From Thermoproteota archaeon (GTDB lineage Archaea > Thermoproteota > Thermoprotei_A > EX4484-217-1): a stretch of 64,000 nucleotides of DNA. The notes below the pieces were generated by a model that saw only the letters and a program-made list of their open reading frames with translations, ran no database searches and had not been told where the DNA came from. This document shows positions 27,136 through 37,479 of the stretch, in pieces. The stretch lies in NCBI GenBank assembly GCA_029258915.1, contig JAPDJU010000003.1, positions 12,801 through 76,800 on the forward strand. Direction: 5' to 3'. The first letter of the stretch is position 1, and each line of letters starts with the position of its first letter. A program made the translations under genes and the position numbers.

Positions 27136-28953
27136 GTGTCTGCGGTTACAAGTGATTTAGAGTTTAAAGTGCTAGTTGAAATATTTGCTAAGCTTGAATT
27201 GACAACTAAACGTACTGAAATGACCGCTTTACTGGTTCAGCTTTTTAGAAAAACCCCTGCTGAAGTTATAGACAAAGTAGTTTACCTTATGCAGGGTAAG
27301 CTTTACCCAGACTGGATGGGAATGCCTGAATTAGGTATAGGTGAAAGACTTATAATAAGAGCCATATCTATGGCTACAGGGTTTTCAGACAGTGCCGTTG
27401 AAAAGGAATTTAAGAGACTTGGAGATCTAGGTAAAGCAGCTGAAATACTGAAAGCTAAGAAAAGGCAAGCAGCTCTAACAGCATTTTTCGGCATAGGTGC
27501 GGTTAAGCCCCTTACAGTAACCAGAGTATACAGTACGCTTGATAAAATAGCTAAAACCTCAGGACCGGGCTCCATAGACCTTAAAGTTAAGCTCCTAGGA
27601 GGTCTTTTACAGGATGCTACGGCTGAGGAAGCTAAGTACCTAGTTAGAATTGTTGAGGGAAGGTTAAGGCTAGGTGTTGCTGAAGCAACAATGATGGATG
27701 CTTTAGCAATAGTTTACGGTAAAACAAAACTAGCTAGACCTGTTATTGAAAGAGCATATAATCTATGTAGCGATTTAGGCTATGTTGCAAAAGTTTTAGC
27801 TGAGAAAGGTGTTGAAGCATTAAAAACGATGACTGTTACTGTTGGAAGACCTATTAGACCTATGCTTGCTGAAAGACTTAGTTCGCCAAGAGAGATACTC
27901 ATGAAAACTGGGGGTAAGGTTTTAGCGGAATACAAATACGATGGTGAAAGAGCTCAAATACATAAGAAAGGAGATAGAATATGGATTTTCTCTAGAAGAC
28001 TAGAAAACATTACCCACCAATACCCTGATGTTCAAGATTTTGCTAGAAAACATATTAAAGCAAACGAGGCAATTGTAGAAGGAGAAATAGTATGTATAGA
28101 TCCTGACACTGGTGAGTTAAGACCATTCCAGGAGCTCATGAGAAGAAGAAGGAAACATGATATACATGTAGCTATGAAGGAATATCCTGTTTCAGTATTT
28201 CTCTTCGACCTACTATATGCTGACGGTGTAGACTATACCCAGAAACCTATTATTGAAAGAAGAGAGAAACTTAAAAGCATTATTGAGGAATCCGATAGGT
28301 TCAGACTTGCAGAAGCCATTGTAACAGATAACCCTGATGAAATAGAAGAATTCTTCTTAAAAGCTATAGAAAGCGGTTGCGAAGGGATAGTTGCTAAAGC
28401 AATACATCAAAACGCAATATACCAGGCAGGTGCTAGAGGCTGGCTTTGGATAAAATATAAGAGAGACTATAAGAGCGAAATGATGGATACTGTAGACCTT
28501 GTAGCTGTCGGAGCATTTCACGGTAAAGGTAGAAGAGCAGGAACCTATGGAGCACTACTTATGGCAGCATACGATCCCGAAGCAGACATGTTTAGAACAG
28601 TATGTAAAGTTGGTAGCGGGTTCACAGATGAAGTCCTAGAGAAACTTCCTGAAATGTTTAAAGACCTAATTATAGATCATAAACATCCGCGTGTGGATTC
28701 TAAAATGGAAGCTGATATATGGTTTGTACCTCAAATAGTTGCTGAAGTAATAGGTGCTGAAATAACATTATCGCCAATACATACATGTTACTGGGGCAAA
28801 GTAAAGCCAGGTGCCGGGTTAGCAATTAGGTTTCCAAGATTCATAAGATGGAGGCCTGATAAAGGACCGGAAGATGCCACAACAGTTCATGAAATATTGG
28901 AAATGTATAGAAAACAGCTTAGAAGAGTAGAAGAAGCGGCAAGACCGCCATAA
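27136..28953 (+). CDS. lig: ATP-dependent DNA ligase
   Basis: 605 aa with a GTG start. Motif I EYKYDGERAQIH, plus the adenylation and OB domains, are collinear with archaeal Lig1-type ligases. Confidence 0.95.
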   Translation: MSAVTSDLEFKVLVEIFAKLELTTKRTEMTALLVQLFRKTPAEVIDKVVYLMQGKLYPDWMGMPELGIGERLIIRAISMATGFSDSAVEKEFKRLGDLGKAAEILKAKKRQAALTAFFGIGAVKPLTVTRVYSTLDKIAKTSGPGSIDLKVKLLGGLLQDATAEEAKYLVRIVEGRLRLGVAEATMMDALAIVYGKTKLARPVIERAYNLCSDLGYVAKVLAEKGVEALKTMTVTVGRPIRPMLAERLSSPREILMKTGGKVLAEYKYDGERAQIHKKGDRIWIFSRRLENITHQYPDVQDFARKHIKANEAIVEGEIVCIDPDTGELRPFQELMRRRRKHDIHVAMKEYPVSVFLFDLLYADGVDYTQKPIIERREKLKSIIEESDRFRLAEAIVTDNPDEIEEFFLKAIESGCEGIVAKAIHQNAIYQAGARGWLWIKYKRDYKSEMMDTVDLVAVGAFHGKGRRAGTYGALLMAAYDPEADMFRTVCKVGSGFTDEVLEKLPEMFKDLIIDHKHPRVDSKMEADIWFVPQIVAEVIGAEITLSPIHTCYWGKVKPGAGLAIRFPRFIRWRPDKGPEDATTVHEILEMYRKQLRRVEEAARPP

Positions 28954-29077
28954 GATGGCTCTACTTAGCTATAAACAGTATGCAACCGCTGCATAACAAC
29001 AGTAATGCAGTTTAATAGCTAATACTATAGAATTAGAATATATTCTCAACAATAGTTTCTACTATAGGTGGTTATGA

Positions 29078-29836
29078 ATGTTCATAATAATGCTGGGTAC
29101 TGCTGGTTCAGGTAAAACAAGTTTAACAAAAGTATATAGTGAATGGCTTAGAAATCAAGGATATAATGTCGCTATAGTGAATCTTGACCCTGGAGCCAAA
29201 GTGGTACCATATAGTCCGGATTTTGATATACGTAATCTTTTCACAGTTGAAGAACTTATGGTTAAATATGGTTTAGGACCTAACGGCGCATTTATGAAAG
29301 CAAGCGACATGATCCTCGAATACTCGGATAAAATATTAAGTCACAGTGTTTTTACTAAACCCGAATATGAATTTGTAATCATAGATACTCCAGGTCAAAT
29401 GGAGGTTTTTGTTTATAGGAAAAGCGGACATTACTTCATATCTAAACTTAAAAAATTAGGACCCACGGTTGGAGTGTTTATTGTTGATGGAGAAACAATG
29501 TCCACCCCCATAGACCTTGTAGTTGCGTGGACAACATCGATACTTATACAGCTAAGATTAGACATAAGTGTAGTTCCAATAGTTAATAAAGCTGATTTAA
29601 TTAAAAACGTAGAAACAGTAAAGCTAATAGTTGAAGACATAGATAGCTTCAAAGGACTTATAATGAAAAGTAAGGAAGGATTAATATCTGAAACAGCCAT
29701 GTATTTAGCAAGCATAGTTAAAGAGTTTAGCCAATCTATGAGACCGGTTATAGTTTCTGCAAAAACCAGCAAAGGTATAGAGGAACTACATTACCTAATA
29801 CATGAAGCATTCTGTGTATGTGGAGATTTATCGTAA
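29078..29836 (+). CDS. GPN-loop GTPase
   Basis: P-loop GTAGSGKTS, the GPN motif YGLGPNGA, and NKADL (the NKxD motif). Confidence 0.8.
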   Translation: MFIIMLGTAGSGKTSLTKVYSEWLRNQGYNVAIVNLDPGAKVVPYSPDFDIRNLFTVEELMVKYGLGPNGAFMKASDMILEYSDKILSHSVFTKPEYEFVIIDTPGQMEVFVYRKSGHYFISKLKKLGPTVGVFIVDGETMSTPIDLVVAWTTSILIQLRLDISVVPIVNKADLIKNVETVKLIVEDIDSFKGLIMKSKEGLISETAMYLASIVKEFSQSMRPVIVSAKTSKGIEELHYLIHEAFCVCGDLS

Positions 29837-30486
29837 ATAACGTAGCTTTTATCAAATAAGCCGAAAACATATATGTCTTCAGGGTCAACATTTTTCAAAA
29901 TAAGTTCCTCAATAGCATCCTCCATAACACTTCGTTTAACAAGGAAAAACATGTTCTCACCAATACATGAGGAAATTTCAGCATATTTCCCTGAAACATG
30001 TTTGAAAAAGTTTACGGTACACTGCTTACACGAATAGTTGTATGATAACTTCTTGAATTCTAAAGATAAATTAGCGTTTATGTTTAAGGGAGGTACGCGA
30101 TTTATTTGCTCCTTAATTACGGATATGAGAACAAAGTCCTCTACATTATACTTTGTCTTAACCATATTCTGCGGTTTTGCAGCTACAGTTCCATTAACAC
30201 CATAGAGGTCTAGAAACGGATTATTGCAGTCAATGTCCTTGTTGAACACTATTTTTTCTAAATATTTCCTTGCAACATCGAGTAATGGAGGTTTCTTAAG
30301 CTCTACATATGTATAGATAACTTTGTCTTTATAAGTTAAGGTAAATATGGCTTCGTTACAGTGTTTTATTTCTAAACTGTTTACAGCAACTAGTCCACGG
30401 TAGATTCTTAAAGCTCCTAATATTTTGTTTTCAAAGTTGAAAAATGGTATTAGAAATGGTATAAATACTGTTTTCAACCGTGACAC
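29791..30486 (-). CDS. Hypothetical protein
   Basis: 231-aa ORF. It is translationally coupled to the AMMECR1 gene (13-nt overlap) and overlaps the GTPase gene convergently by 46 nt. Confidence 0.4.
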   Translation of the reverse strand: MSRLKTVFIPFLIPFFNFENKILGALRIYRGLVAVNSLEIKHCNEAIFTLTYKDKVIYTYVELKKPPLLDVARKYLEKIVFNKDIDCNNPFLDLYGVNGTVAAKPQNMVKTKYNVEDFVLISVIKEQINRVPPLNINANLSLEFKKLSYNYSCKQCTVNFFKHVSGKYAEISSCIGENMFFLVKRSVMEDAIEELILKNVDPEDIYVFGLFDKSYVIYDKSPHTQNASCIR

Positions 30487-31151
30487 TTCTTTAGTTCTTC
30501 AAATAGGTCCCTTTTAACTATTTCGCCTTTAGGTGTTTTTTCACAGAATATTGCTGCTTCAAACCTGTAAACCTTAACATCGCTTAGCAACCAGGAATCA
30601 GGCGGTAGACCTGCTTTCATACATGTTTCCGCTAAGAATGTTTCTACATCCCACTTATACTCTACAGGAACTTGAGGTAGTAATAATCCTTTAAACCAAC
30701 CGTACTCTACTATTAATCCGTCTTTACCTATGACAATAAGTTTAGGTAATTCCGCTCTATTCTTAACCTTTAACTCCTCAGGTTTAGAGAGAACGGAAAC
30801 CTCAAAAACAACATTATCTAGCTCCTTAAACTTCATAGGTGGAAAACGTGGATCCTCTACTGCGGCTGATACTGCTGAGTCTATTAATGCTTCTACTAGT
30901 GGCTTTATAGGGTAAGGGTAGCCTATACAGCCTCTAAGTTCTTTAAACACCCTGGTACCTGTATATCCTATGCGTTCTATGGTAACGAAAACACCTAATT
31001 TCTCATAGTATTTGGAATCTAGGTTTTGAGGAGGAACTATTTTAACTCCTGTTTTAAGATATGTTTCAACAGTTCTCCTAGCTAAACCTACAAGGTATTT
31101 ACCGTCTTCTAAAGTAAAATCACTTAGTGAAACCATTTTTTCACCGCTCAT
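30474..31151 (-). CDS. AMMECR1-domain protein
   Basis: LRGCIGYPYP, PRFPP and LLPQV are hallmark AMMECR1 blocks. Confidence 0.85.
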   Translation of the reverse strand: MSGEKMVSLSDFTLEDGKYLVGLARRTVETYLKTGVKIVPPQNLDSKYYEKLGVFVTIERIGYTGTRVFKELRGCIGYPYPIKPLVEALIDSAVSAAVEDPRFPPMKFKELDNVVFEVSVLSKPEELKVKNRAELPKLIVIGKDGLIVEYGWFKGLLLPQVPVEYKWDVETFLAETCMKAGLPPDSWLLSDVKVYRFEAAIFCEKTPKGEIVKRDLFEELKKCHG

Positions 31152-31632
31152 ACGTTACTCTTTCTCTAACCTCTCTTAATATTTTATTCATAGTTATCCA
31201 GTGTTTACCTTTCCAGTAAACTTTACCGCAAGCAGTACACATCCAAAAATCTTCATGTAGTTCAGCTACTTTTTCAGGTACCTTATCAACTATTTTCTCT
31301 TTAGAAACCTTCATTAAAATACCATTGCATATTGGGCAACGGGATCTTTCAGGGTTTAGTTCTAAATTTATTTTTAACTTAGAGGCTAAAGTTGCTAATT
31401 TTTCTTGAATAGATTCGTTTTCTAAGTATATTGACTTTAAACCTTGTTTTACCGTCTTCCTATGTAAGCTTAAATCTCTTGTTAATACTATTCTCTCTTC
31501 CTTGAAAGCTAATTCTAAAATCTCTTTGTCACCGTAATCTTTAGAATATAATGTATCATATCCTAGCATTCTAAGCCATCGGGCTAAACTACCTAACATA
31601 GTGTCTGCAATGAATTTCAAATTTTTATTCAT
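31141..31632 (-). CDS. Mut7-C/DUF82 PIN-like RNase domain protein with a zinc ribbon
   Basis: FIADTMLGSLARWLRMLGYDT at the N-terminus, with CPICNG...CTACGKVYWKG at the C-terminus. Confidence 0.7.
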   Translation of the reverse strand: MNKNLKFIADTMLGSLARWLRMLGYDTLYSKDYGDKEILELAFKEERIVLTRDLSLHRKTVKQGLKSIYLENESIQEKLATLASKLKINLELNPERSRCPICNGILMKVSKEKIVDKVPEKVAELHEDFWMCTACGKVYWKGKHWITMNKILREVRERVTYER

Positions 31633-31662
31633 AGTTTAAAATACACCAGCATGCATGGTAAT

Positions 31663-32607
31663 TCATCTTTTAAGTGCTAATGCATACATTACATCTCTCT
31701 CAGTAAGTATTCCCATAAGCTTATTATTTTCTGTAACCAGAACTGATCCTACATTGTGCTGTATCATTTTATTTACTGCTTCACCTACGTCAATATGTGG
31801 TTTTACAGTTACTATTTTACTTATTGAAGCCGCGGTTACCGGCACACTTAATGCTTCTTCAATGTTTCCGGAAATAACATATTCGAACACTTTGTTTGTT
31901 CCAAAGAATCTAACTATGCTTCTAGCAGTTATCATACCTTTAACATATCTTTGATCATCCACTATGGGAAGTCTCCTAAACCCCATTTTAATTATAGTTT
32001 TTGCTGCTTCCCTTATTGAAGAGTTTTGAGAAATGGTGATAACATTTTTCGTCATAAGTTCGGAAACTTTAAGCCCTATGGTTTTTTCTCGAAGATAGTT
32101 TACAATATCTCTTTCAGTTACAATACCATGTATCTTTAGTGTTTCTTCTTCGACTATAGGTACGGCACCTACACCATATTTAACCATTAATTCTATAACA
32201 TATGCTAGATCATCAGCTATGGTTACATATATTGGGTTCTTATTCATAATGGATTTTACCGGTTCATTTAATGCTTTATATATGTTACCTCCATGCCTGT
32301 TTAAAACTATGTTAAAGTATTCTCCACCACCAAAGTAGTTTACGATATCTGTTGCAGTTATAATGCCTTTAAGAATGCCTGTAGGTGTTGTTACGGGGAG
32401 TCTTCTAAAACCTTTATATGTCATTGTTTTAATTGCTTCACCTATAGGCTTAATATGAGTAATTGTTACTACAGGTCTTTTAATTATTATTGAAAGCTCT
32501 CCTGGTTTTTCATAAATTCTAGAGGAAAAATTTGGTTTACCATTGCTTCTTAAATATCTTAAACCTTCAGGTCTTATGCGTTTGGGAGGTACAAATCGGA
32601 AACTCAT
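31663..32607 (-). CDS. CBS-domain protein (four CBS motifs)
   Basis: 314 aa with repeated CBS signature segments (IM.. V.T. ... EA...M.....RLPV.., ITERDI). Confidence 0.8.
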   Translation of the reverse strand: MSFRFVPPKRIRPEGLRYLRSNGKPNFSSRIYEKPGELSIIIKRPVVTITHIKPIGEAIKTMTYKGFRRLPVTTPTGILKGIITATDIVNYFGGGEYFNIVLNRHGGNIYKALNEPVKSIMNKNPIYVTIADDLAYVIELMVKYGVGAVPIVEEETLKIHGIVTERDIVNYLREKTIGLKVSELMTKNVITISQNSSIREAAKTIIKMGFRRLPIVDDQRYVKGMITARSIVRFFGTNKVFEYVISGNIEEALSVPVTAASISKIVTVKPHIDVGEAVNKMIQHNVGSVLVTENNKLMGILTERDVMYALALKR

Positions 32608-32620
32608 GATTTAAGCCCTT

Positions 32621-33424
32621 TTACAGGTATTTCATATAGGCTTTAACTACGTCTTCTCTGTCAACAATACCTACGAGCTTATCTTTATTATTAACTACAA
32701 CTACCCTGCCAATGTTTCTTTTAACCATGAGTTTAGCTACTTCTTTTAAAGGTGTATTTGGTTTTACCTTGCATACATTTGTGTTCATAATATCTAATGC
32801 TTTAACACCACGGTGTCCTTTAGAACGTTCTGATTCTAAAAGTATTCTAGCTGCACCCGCTTTAAGAATATCATGCTGTGTTATAATACCTAGAACCTTA
32901 CCTTTATCGCTAACTATCGGTAACCCTGAGTACCTATGTTTAAGCATTTTACGCAGTATTGAAGAAACATCTTCACCTTTACGCGCAGTCACTACATTTG
33001 TCGACATGAAGTCTTTTACAGGTAATTCGTTTACATCAACATTTTTAACATAAAATTCTTTAATTATGTTTTCTAAACAAAATAGTCCAATGAATCTATA
33101 GTCTTCTGAAACTACTGGAGCATACCATATATCGGCTTTTAACATTTCTTCAACAGCTTTCCTTAAACTATAATTGGCTTTTAAAATCGTTCTAGGTTCT
33201 TCCATAATATCCCTTACTAACAAATTAGACTTAGACGATGTTACTGTTAAAATGTTTAACCTTGAAACAATACCTATTAACCTATCGTTTTCAACTACTG
33301 GAAGAATTCTTAGCCCATAATCCCTAATAATAGCTCTGGCTTTAGTTGCCAAATCTGTTGAAGAAATTGTTGGAACCTCTACTGTAGTGTATTTTAGAAT
33401 ATTCAAACTAGGCATCCTCGACAT
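32621..33424 (-). CDS. CBS-domain protein (four CBS motifs)
   Basis: 267 aa with the same repeated CBS pattern (GLRILPVVEND, GLPIVSDKGKVLGIITQHDIL, IGRVVVVNNKDKLVGIVDRED). Confidence 0.8.
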   Translation of the reverse strand: MSRMPSLNILKYTTVEVPTISSTDLATKARAIIRDYGLRILPVVENDRLIGIVSRLNILTVTSSKSNLLVRDIMEEPRTILKANYSLRKAVEEMLKADIWYAPVVSEDYRFIGLFCLENIIKEFYVKNVDVNELPVKDFMSTNVVTARKGEDVSSILRKMLKHRYSGLPIVSDKGKVLGIITQHDILKAGAARILLESERSKGHRGVKALDIMNTNVCKVKPNTPLKEVAKLMVKRNIGRVVVVNNKDKLVGIVDREDVVKAYMKYL

Positions 33425-33470
33425 ATAGTATTCTTACTGCGTTAGATAAAGGGATTCCTAACGATTTCAG

Positions 33471-33896
33471 CTAAAAACTACCTTTCCTAACCATCATTAA
33501 CTCAATATATTCGGGTGCTACTGTTAAAATATCTCTATCTGAAACAACACCTACAAGACCATCAACGTCAATAACGGGTAAGTGTCTAATATCTTTACGT
33601 GACATTAACTTAGCAGCTTCAAGTATAGGAGTGTTTGGACTTACATAGGTTAGGGGAGAAGACATAACATCTCTAACTTTAGTTTTGAAGGGGTCTTTTG
33701 CTTTAGCTAAAACTTTCTCTACAAGGTCTCTTCTAGTAACTATACCTACGGGTTTACCTTTCCTATCTGTAACAATTACACAACCTATTTTATTTTCAGC
33801 CATTACCTTAGCCGCTCTAATAACGGACTCTTCAATATCTATGATTATCGGTGGGCTGCTCATTATCTCTTTCACGGTGATGGCTTCTTCGCCCAT
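33471..33896 (-). CDS. CBS-pair protein
   Basis: 141 aa with two CBS motifs (IGCVIVTDRKGKPVGIVTRRDL and IRHLPVIDVDGLVGVVSDRDI). Confidence 0.8.
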   Translation of the reverse strand: MGEEAITVKEIMSSPPIIIDIEESVIRAAKVMAENKIGCVIVTDRKGKPVGIVTRRDLVEKVLAKAKDPFKTKVRDVMSSPLTYVSPNTPILEAAKLMSRKDIRHLPVIDVDGLVGVVSDRDILTVAPEYIELMMVRKGSF

Positions 33897-33940
33897 AGAA
33901 AATACACCAAGTAATTATCCTCTGTTATCCGTGTATCTAC

Positions 33941-35929
33941 TCACTTTATATTAATAATTGTTTTTCCTACAACAGAAGGCCCCGGTATCCTTAAAGCTAT
34001 TTCCTCTATAGATATAGTTTTGAACAGAGGTTCTAATTCCTTAGGGGCTTTCTTAGTGAAAATGTTTTTTATCTCATCCGCTAATTTATGTGAACTGAAA
34101 CGTCCAGGCTTCAATACAACGTAGGCTAAAGCCTTTTTCTTAACATGTTCTTCAGAACCAACTATAATTCTAAGTGATTCGTTTACTTTTTCAACACCTA
34201 ATGCAAGAACTAAGGGAACATTTCTAATATAGTTGCGTTTCCCATATATCATAAACGCTCCTTTAGGAAGATATTCTCCGGGAGGAGGTTTTTTAGAAAC
34301 CTGCTTACCCCAAACCCAGTATACGTCAACTGCTCCTAAACCTTCCTTCCACGCTCTAGAATACGCTGCCGCTATTAGAGCTGCTTCTCTTATAACATCT
34401 TCTGGAGCAGGGCCTTTAGATTTAATAATTACTGCTGGTGCTCCATGTATTTCGGCGTGTATGAATATGTCATTTGCTTCCAAATACTTTTTAACAATAC
34501 TTTCATTCTGTTCAGCGTTTCTTCCACCTATAATTAAATATTCTCCCTTTATTATCCAGTGATATTTTTCATACCACTCTTTCTTCCTAACTTTAGCTTT
34601 TTCTTCAACCTTAGCGTATTCTACTTCACGTTCCAGTTTCTCTATTTTTTCTCTAAGTTCTCCAATTTTCTCCTCAATTTTACTAGCTTTTCTTTGCAGT
34701 TCTCTAGCTTTTTCAAAACATTTTGACGCATTCTCATAAGCACTTTTTCTAATACTTACTTTAACGGCTTTACCTTCTACTTCTACTTCAACTATGCCTT
34801 CCTTTCTGCTAAAACCTAATATTCTAATACCTGGCTCCTTTACTTCCATAGAACATATTTTTATAGCTTCTTCCCCTTTTCTTCTAACGACTCTTCTTCT
34901 AAAACACTCAATAATTTTGTTTATTGGATCTATGTTCTTTAAAATTAAACTGCCTGCTTGTTTTAGATTTACGGCTTCTCTACTGTATTTTTCTTTAAGT
35001 TCTTTTGCCTTCTCTAACGAATGCTCTAACTTCTTTATTTCCCGTTCTTTAGCTTTAGCTACTTTAGTTGCAGCTTCTCTTTTTGCTTTCTCTGTGAAGA
35101 ATAGGTCGAGGGCTTCATTAAAATCGCTGAACATTTTTAAAGAATATTCTTCAGCTAAATATGTAGGTTTAAAGGGCAGTACTGTAACTAATTCTGTGTT
35201 TTTTGAAACCACATAGCCTAAGCCTTCTTTTGCTTCATCAACTATTTCCCTTATGATTCTAACGATTTTCTCGTACGTGCTAAAGGGTATTTCTTTTGGA
35301 GGAGAATGCTTATCAATTTTCATTCTAAAACATGTTTCTTCAGCTAATTCACTAGGTAAACCTAGTCCTCTAACAAGCCCTCTAATGACATCTTTACCTT
35401 TAAGAATAGCTTTACTTACTTCCTCAACATTAGCTTTTAAAGGATTAACGCTTAGTGATGGAGGTGGTTTATACTCTTTACCCCTACTAATAACTCTATC
35501 TTTAAGCTCTAAAGTTTTGGTGGTATGTAGAATAACGTTATTTTCATCTGTTAAAACGATTACTCCTCTAGGTAGCAGTTCCACATACAAGCGATATTTC
35601 CGCTTAGGCGATGCTATGGTAATTTTAACTATTCTCTCCCAGCCAATAAGTTCTACGCTTTCTATAATTAGTCTCCTTAAGTGTTTTCTTAACGCTGAAC
35701 ATAGAGACGTTATTTTACGTTCTTTAGGCATAGTATATTTTGTTAAATGAATTCTTCTCCCAGCTTCCATAATCAATAATGGGTTATAACTTAAATGTTT
35801 GCAGTATAGTTTAAAGACGATAGTGTTTACGTTTGAGTGATAAATGTTGTTAATATAGCATTTTTCAATAAGCTTACCTGTTCTACCTACCCAAGCATAT
35901 ACGTCTACTATGCTCATTGAGTTCTTCAT
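33941..35929 (-). CDS. NFACT-family (FbpA/RqcH/Rqc2-like) protein with DUF814
   Basis: 662 aa with an N-terminal NFACT-N-like domain and a long coiled coil. The C-terminal IFIHAEIHGAPAVIIK is typical of DUF814/NFACT-R. Confidence 0.8.
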   Translation of the reverse strand: MKNSMSIVDVYAWVGRTGKLIEKCYINNIYHSNVNTIVFKLYCKHLSYNPLLIMEAGRRIHLTKYTMPKERKITSLCSALRKHLRRLIIESVELIGWERIVKITIASPKRKYRLYVELLPRGVIVLTDENNVILHTTKTLELKDRVISRGKEYKPPPSLSVNPLKANVEEVSKAILKGKDVIRGLVRGLGLPSELAEETCFRMKIDKHSPPKEIPFSTYEKIVRIIREIVDEAKEGLGYVVSKNTELVTVLPFKPTYLAEEYSLKMFSDFNEALDLFFTEKAKREAATKVAKAKEREIKKLEHSLEKAKELKEKYSREAVNLKQAGSLILKNIDPINKIIECFRRRVVRRKGEEAIKICSMEVKEPGIRILGFSRKEGIVEVEVEGKAVKVSIRKSAYENASKCFEKARELQRKASKIEEKIGELREKIEKLEREVEYAKVEEKAKVRKKEWYEKYHWIIKGEYLIIGGRNAEQNESIVKKYLEANDIFIHAEIHGAPAVIIKSKGPAPEDVIREAALIAAAYSRAWKEGLGAVDVYWVWGKQVSKKPPPGEYLPKGAFMIYGKRNYIRNVPLVLALGVEKVNESLRIIVGSEEHVKKKALAYVVLKPGRFSSHKLADEIKNIFTKKAPKELEPLFKTISIEEIALRIPGPSVVGKTIINIK

Positions 35930-36606
35930 TAAATCTTTAACCTCTCCAATTCGTCAACAACTATGCCCTTTAGAAGATATTTCAAAAGTTTATCGTTTAT
36001 AAGAGGCTTACCTTTAATGACAGGGTATTTATATGGCAAATATATTTCATGCTCTATGTAACCTATTTTCCGTTTAATCCTCAGCCCGTAAATATATTTG
36101 AGTTCTTGGAAATTTATGCCTTTAGAAACCATGTATGCTACATATATTGAACCGTCTATTGTCAATTGTTCCTTACCTAAATTTCTAACAATAACATTCC
36201 TTAGTGATTTTAAATGCTTAGTTATGTACTCGTATGTTCTACCTTTGGGTGGAAAACCTCCTAATATACCTCCTATGACCAAAATTATTCTTTCGTTTTT
36301 GAAGTCATTAGGTTTTAAAGGCTTTTCAGCTTTTAAATCTAGGACTATTATTTTATGGTCTTTAAACAGGGTTTTAGCTAATGTTCTTATGCTTTCACTT
36401 CTAACGTTAGCTATTTTGCTTAATCTTTTTCTTTCATTTTCTCTCTTAACATTAGTTATCAATAAGTTGTTTTTTCCAACCATTTTAGATGAGTTTTCAT
36501 ATTCGAAATATATCCATGGAGAAAGTTCTTCTAAATGCTCTATTAGGAACAATACCTTTACCATGTTATGTTCTAACTCGTCTCTTTTCTTAACATTATT
36601 TTTCAA
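35929..36606 (-). CDS. Hypothetical protein, possibly a SPOUT-type (DUF431/SFM1-like) methyltransferase
   Basis: 225 aa. VLFLIEHLEELSPWIYFEYENS and ILVIGGILGGFPPKG resemble DUF431 as I remember it. This is a weak call. Confidence 0.35.
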   Translation of the reverse strand: MKNNVKKRDELEHNMVKVLFLIEHLEELSPWIYFEYENSSKMVGKNNLLITNVKRENERKRLSKIANVRSESIRTLAKTLFKDHKIIVLDLKAEKPLKPNDFKNERIILVIGGILGGFPPKGRTYEYITKHLKSLRNVIVRNLGKEQLTIDGSIYVAYMVSKGINFQELKYIYGLRIKRKIGYIEHEIYLPYKYPVIKGKPLINDKLLKYLLKGIVVDELERLKI

Positions 36607-36624
36607 TTGAAACAGTATATGTCT

Positions 36625-37479
36625 TTATTTTCTTCTAAGCCTGGAGTAAGTTATCGCCATTAAATAAGCTATTGAAGCTAATATACCTATAGTGCCGCTT
36701 GCCGGTATGTTTACTGTGAATGTTAATGTTAAGCCTATCATTCCTGAAAATAGGGCTATTGCTAAAGTAATAAGCGGTATTTGGCTTGTTTTCTTAGCTA
36801 TTTCGTTTGCAGCGGCTGCTGGCGCTATGATAAAAGCATATACTAAAATTGCTCCTAAAGCTTTGGTCGTAACTATAACACCTATTGCTGCTAATAATAT
36901 GCTTAAATAATGGTAGAATTTAACTTTAATACCTAAAGCTTCAGCGCTTTCTATATCGAAAGCTATGTACAATAATTCCCTACGGAATAGTATGTAAAAG
37001 AATCCTACAAGTATAGCTAAAGAACCTAAGAATAATAAGTCATCAACTGTTAGAAGTAATATATCACCTACAAGATAGCCCCAAACTTTAGGCATATCTT
37101 CCGATCTAATGTAGCCTAAGAACACAACTGCAAGAGCCATGCTCATAGCAAGTGAAACACCTATAGCAGCTTCCATTTGTTCTCTTGAACCACGTAACCC
37201 AGCATAGGCTGTTATTAGTGCACTAACTACTCCAAAAAGAAAAGCGCCGTAGAGAGGTTCAAACCATATAATACCTAGTGTTTGTAAAAGTACCCCGAAA
37301 GCTGCACCGCCTAAAGCTGCATGAGCAACTTCTGCTGATAGAAAAGTTATTCCTCTGCTCGTTAAAATATGGCCTATAGCTGCTGAAACAAAAGATGCAA
37401 TTATAATCCCTATTAAAGCGTTAACTATGAATGGTGAACCCATAATTTCTAAAAACATTACATCACCTGTGAACATCAC
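36625..37479 (-). CDS. Metal (Zn/Mn) ABC transporter permease, ABC-3 family
   Basis: 284-aa polytopic protein with the typical ABC-3 pattern (EVAHAALGGAAFGVL...). Confidence 0.85.
   Translation of the reverse strand: MMFTGDVMFLEIMGSPFIVNALIGIIIASFVSAAIGHILTSRGITFLSAEVAHAALGGAAFGVLLQTLGIIWFEPLYGAFLFGVVSALITAYAGLRGSREQMEAAIGVSLAMSMALAVVFLGYIRSEDMPKVWGYLVGDILLLTVDDLLFLGSLAILVGFFYILFRRELLYIAFDIESAEALGIKVKFYHYLSILLAAIGVIVTTKALGAILVYAFIIAPAAAANEIAKKTSQIPLITLAIALFSGMIGLTLTFTVNIPASGTIGILASIAYLMAITYSRLRRK

Noticed and set aside
34233-36610. Long plus-strand ORFs (109, 140, 165 and 170 aa) antisense to the NFACT and SPOUT-like genes
   Set aside because: Their composition is Ser/Leu/Phe-dominated, and the sense-strand proteins carry recognisable family motifs. 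These are typical antisense shadows of Lys/Glu-rich genes.
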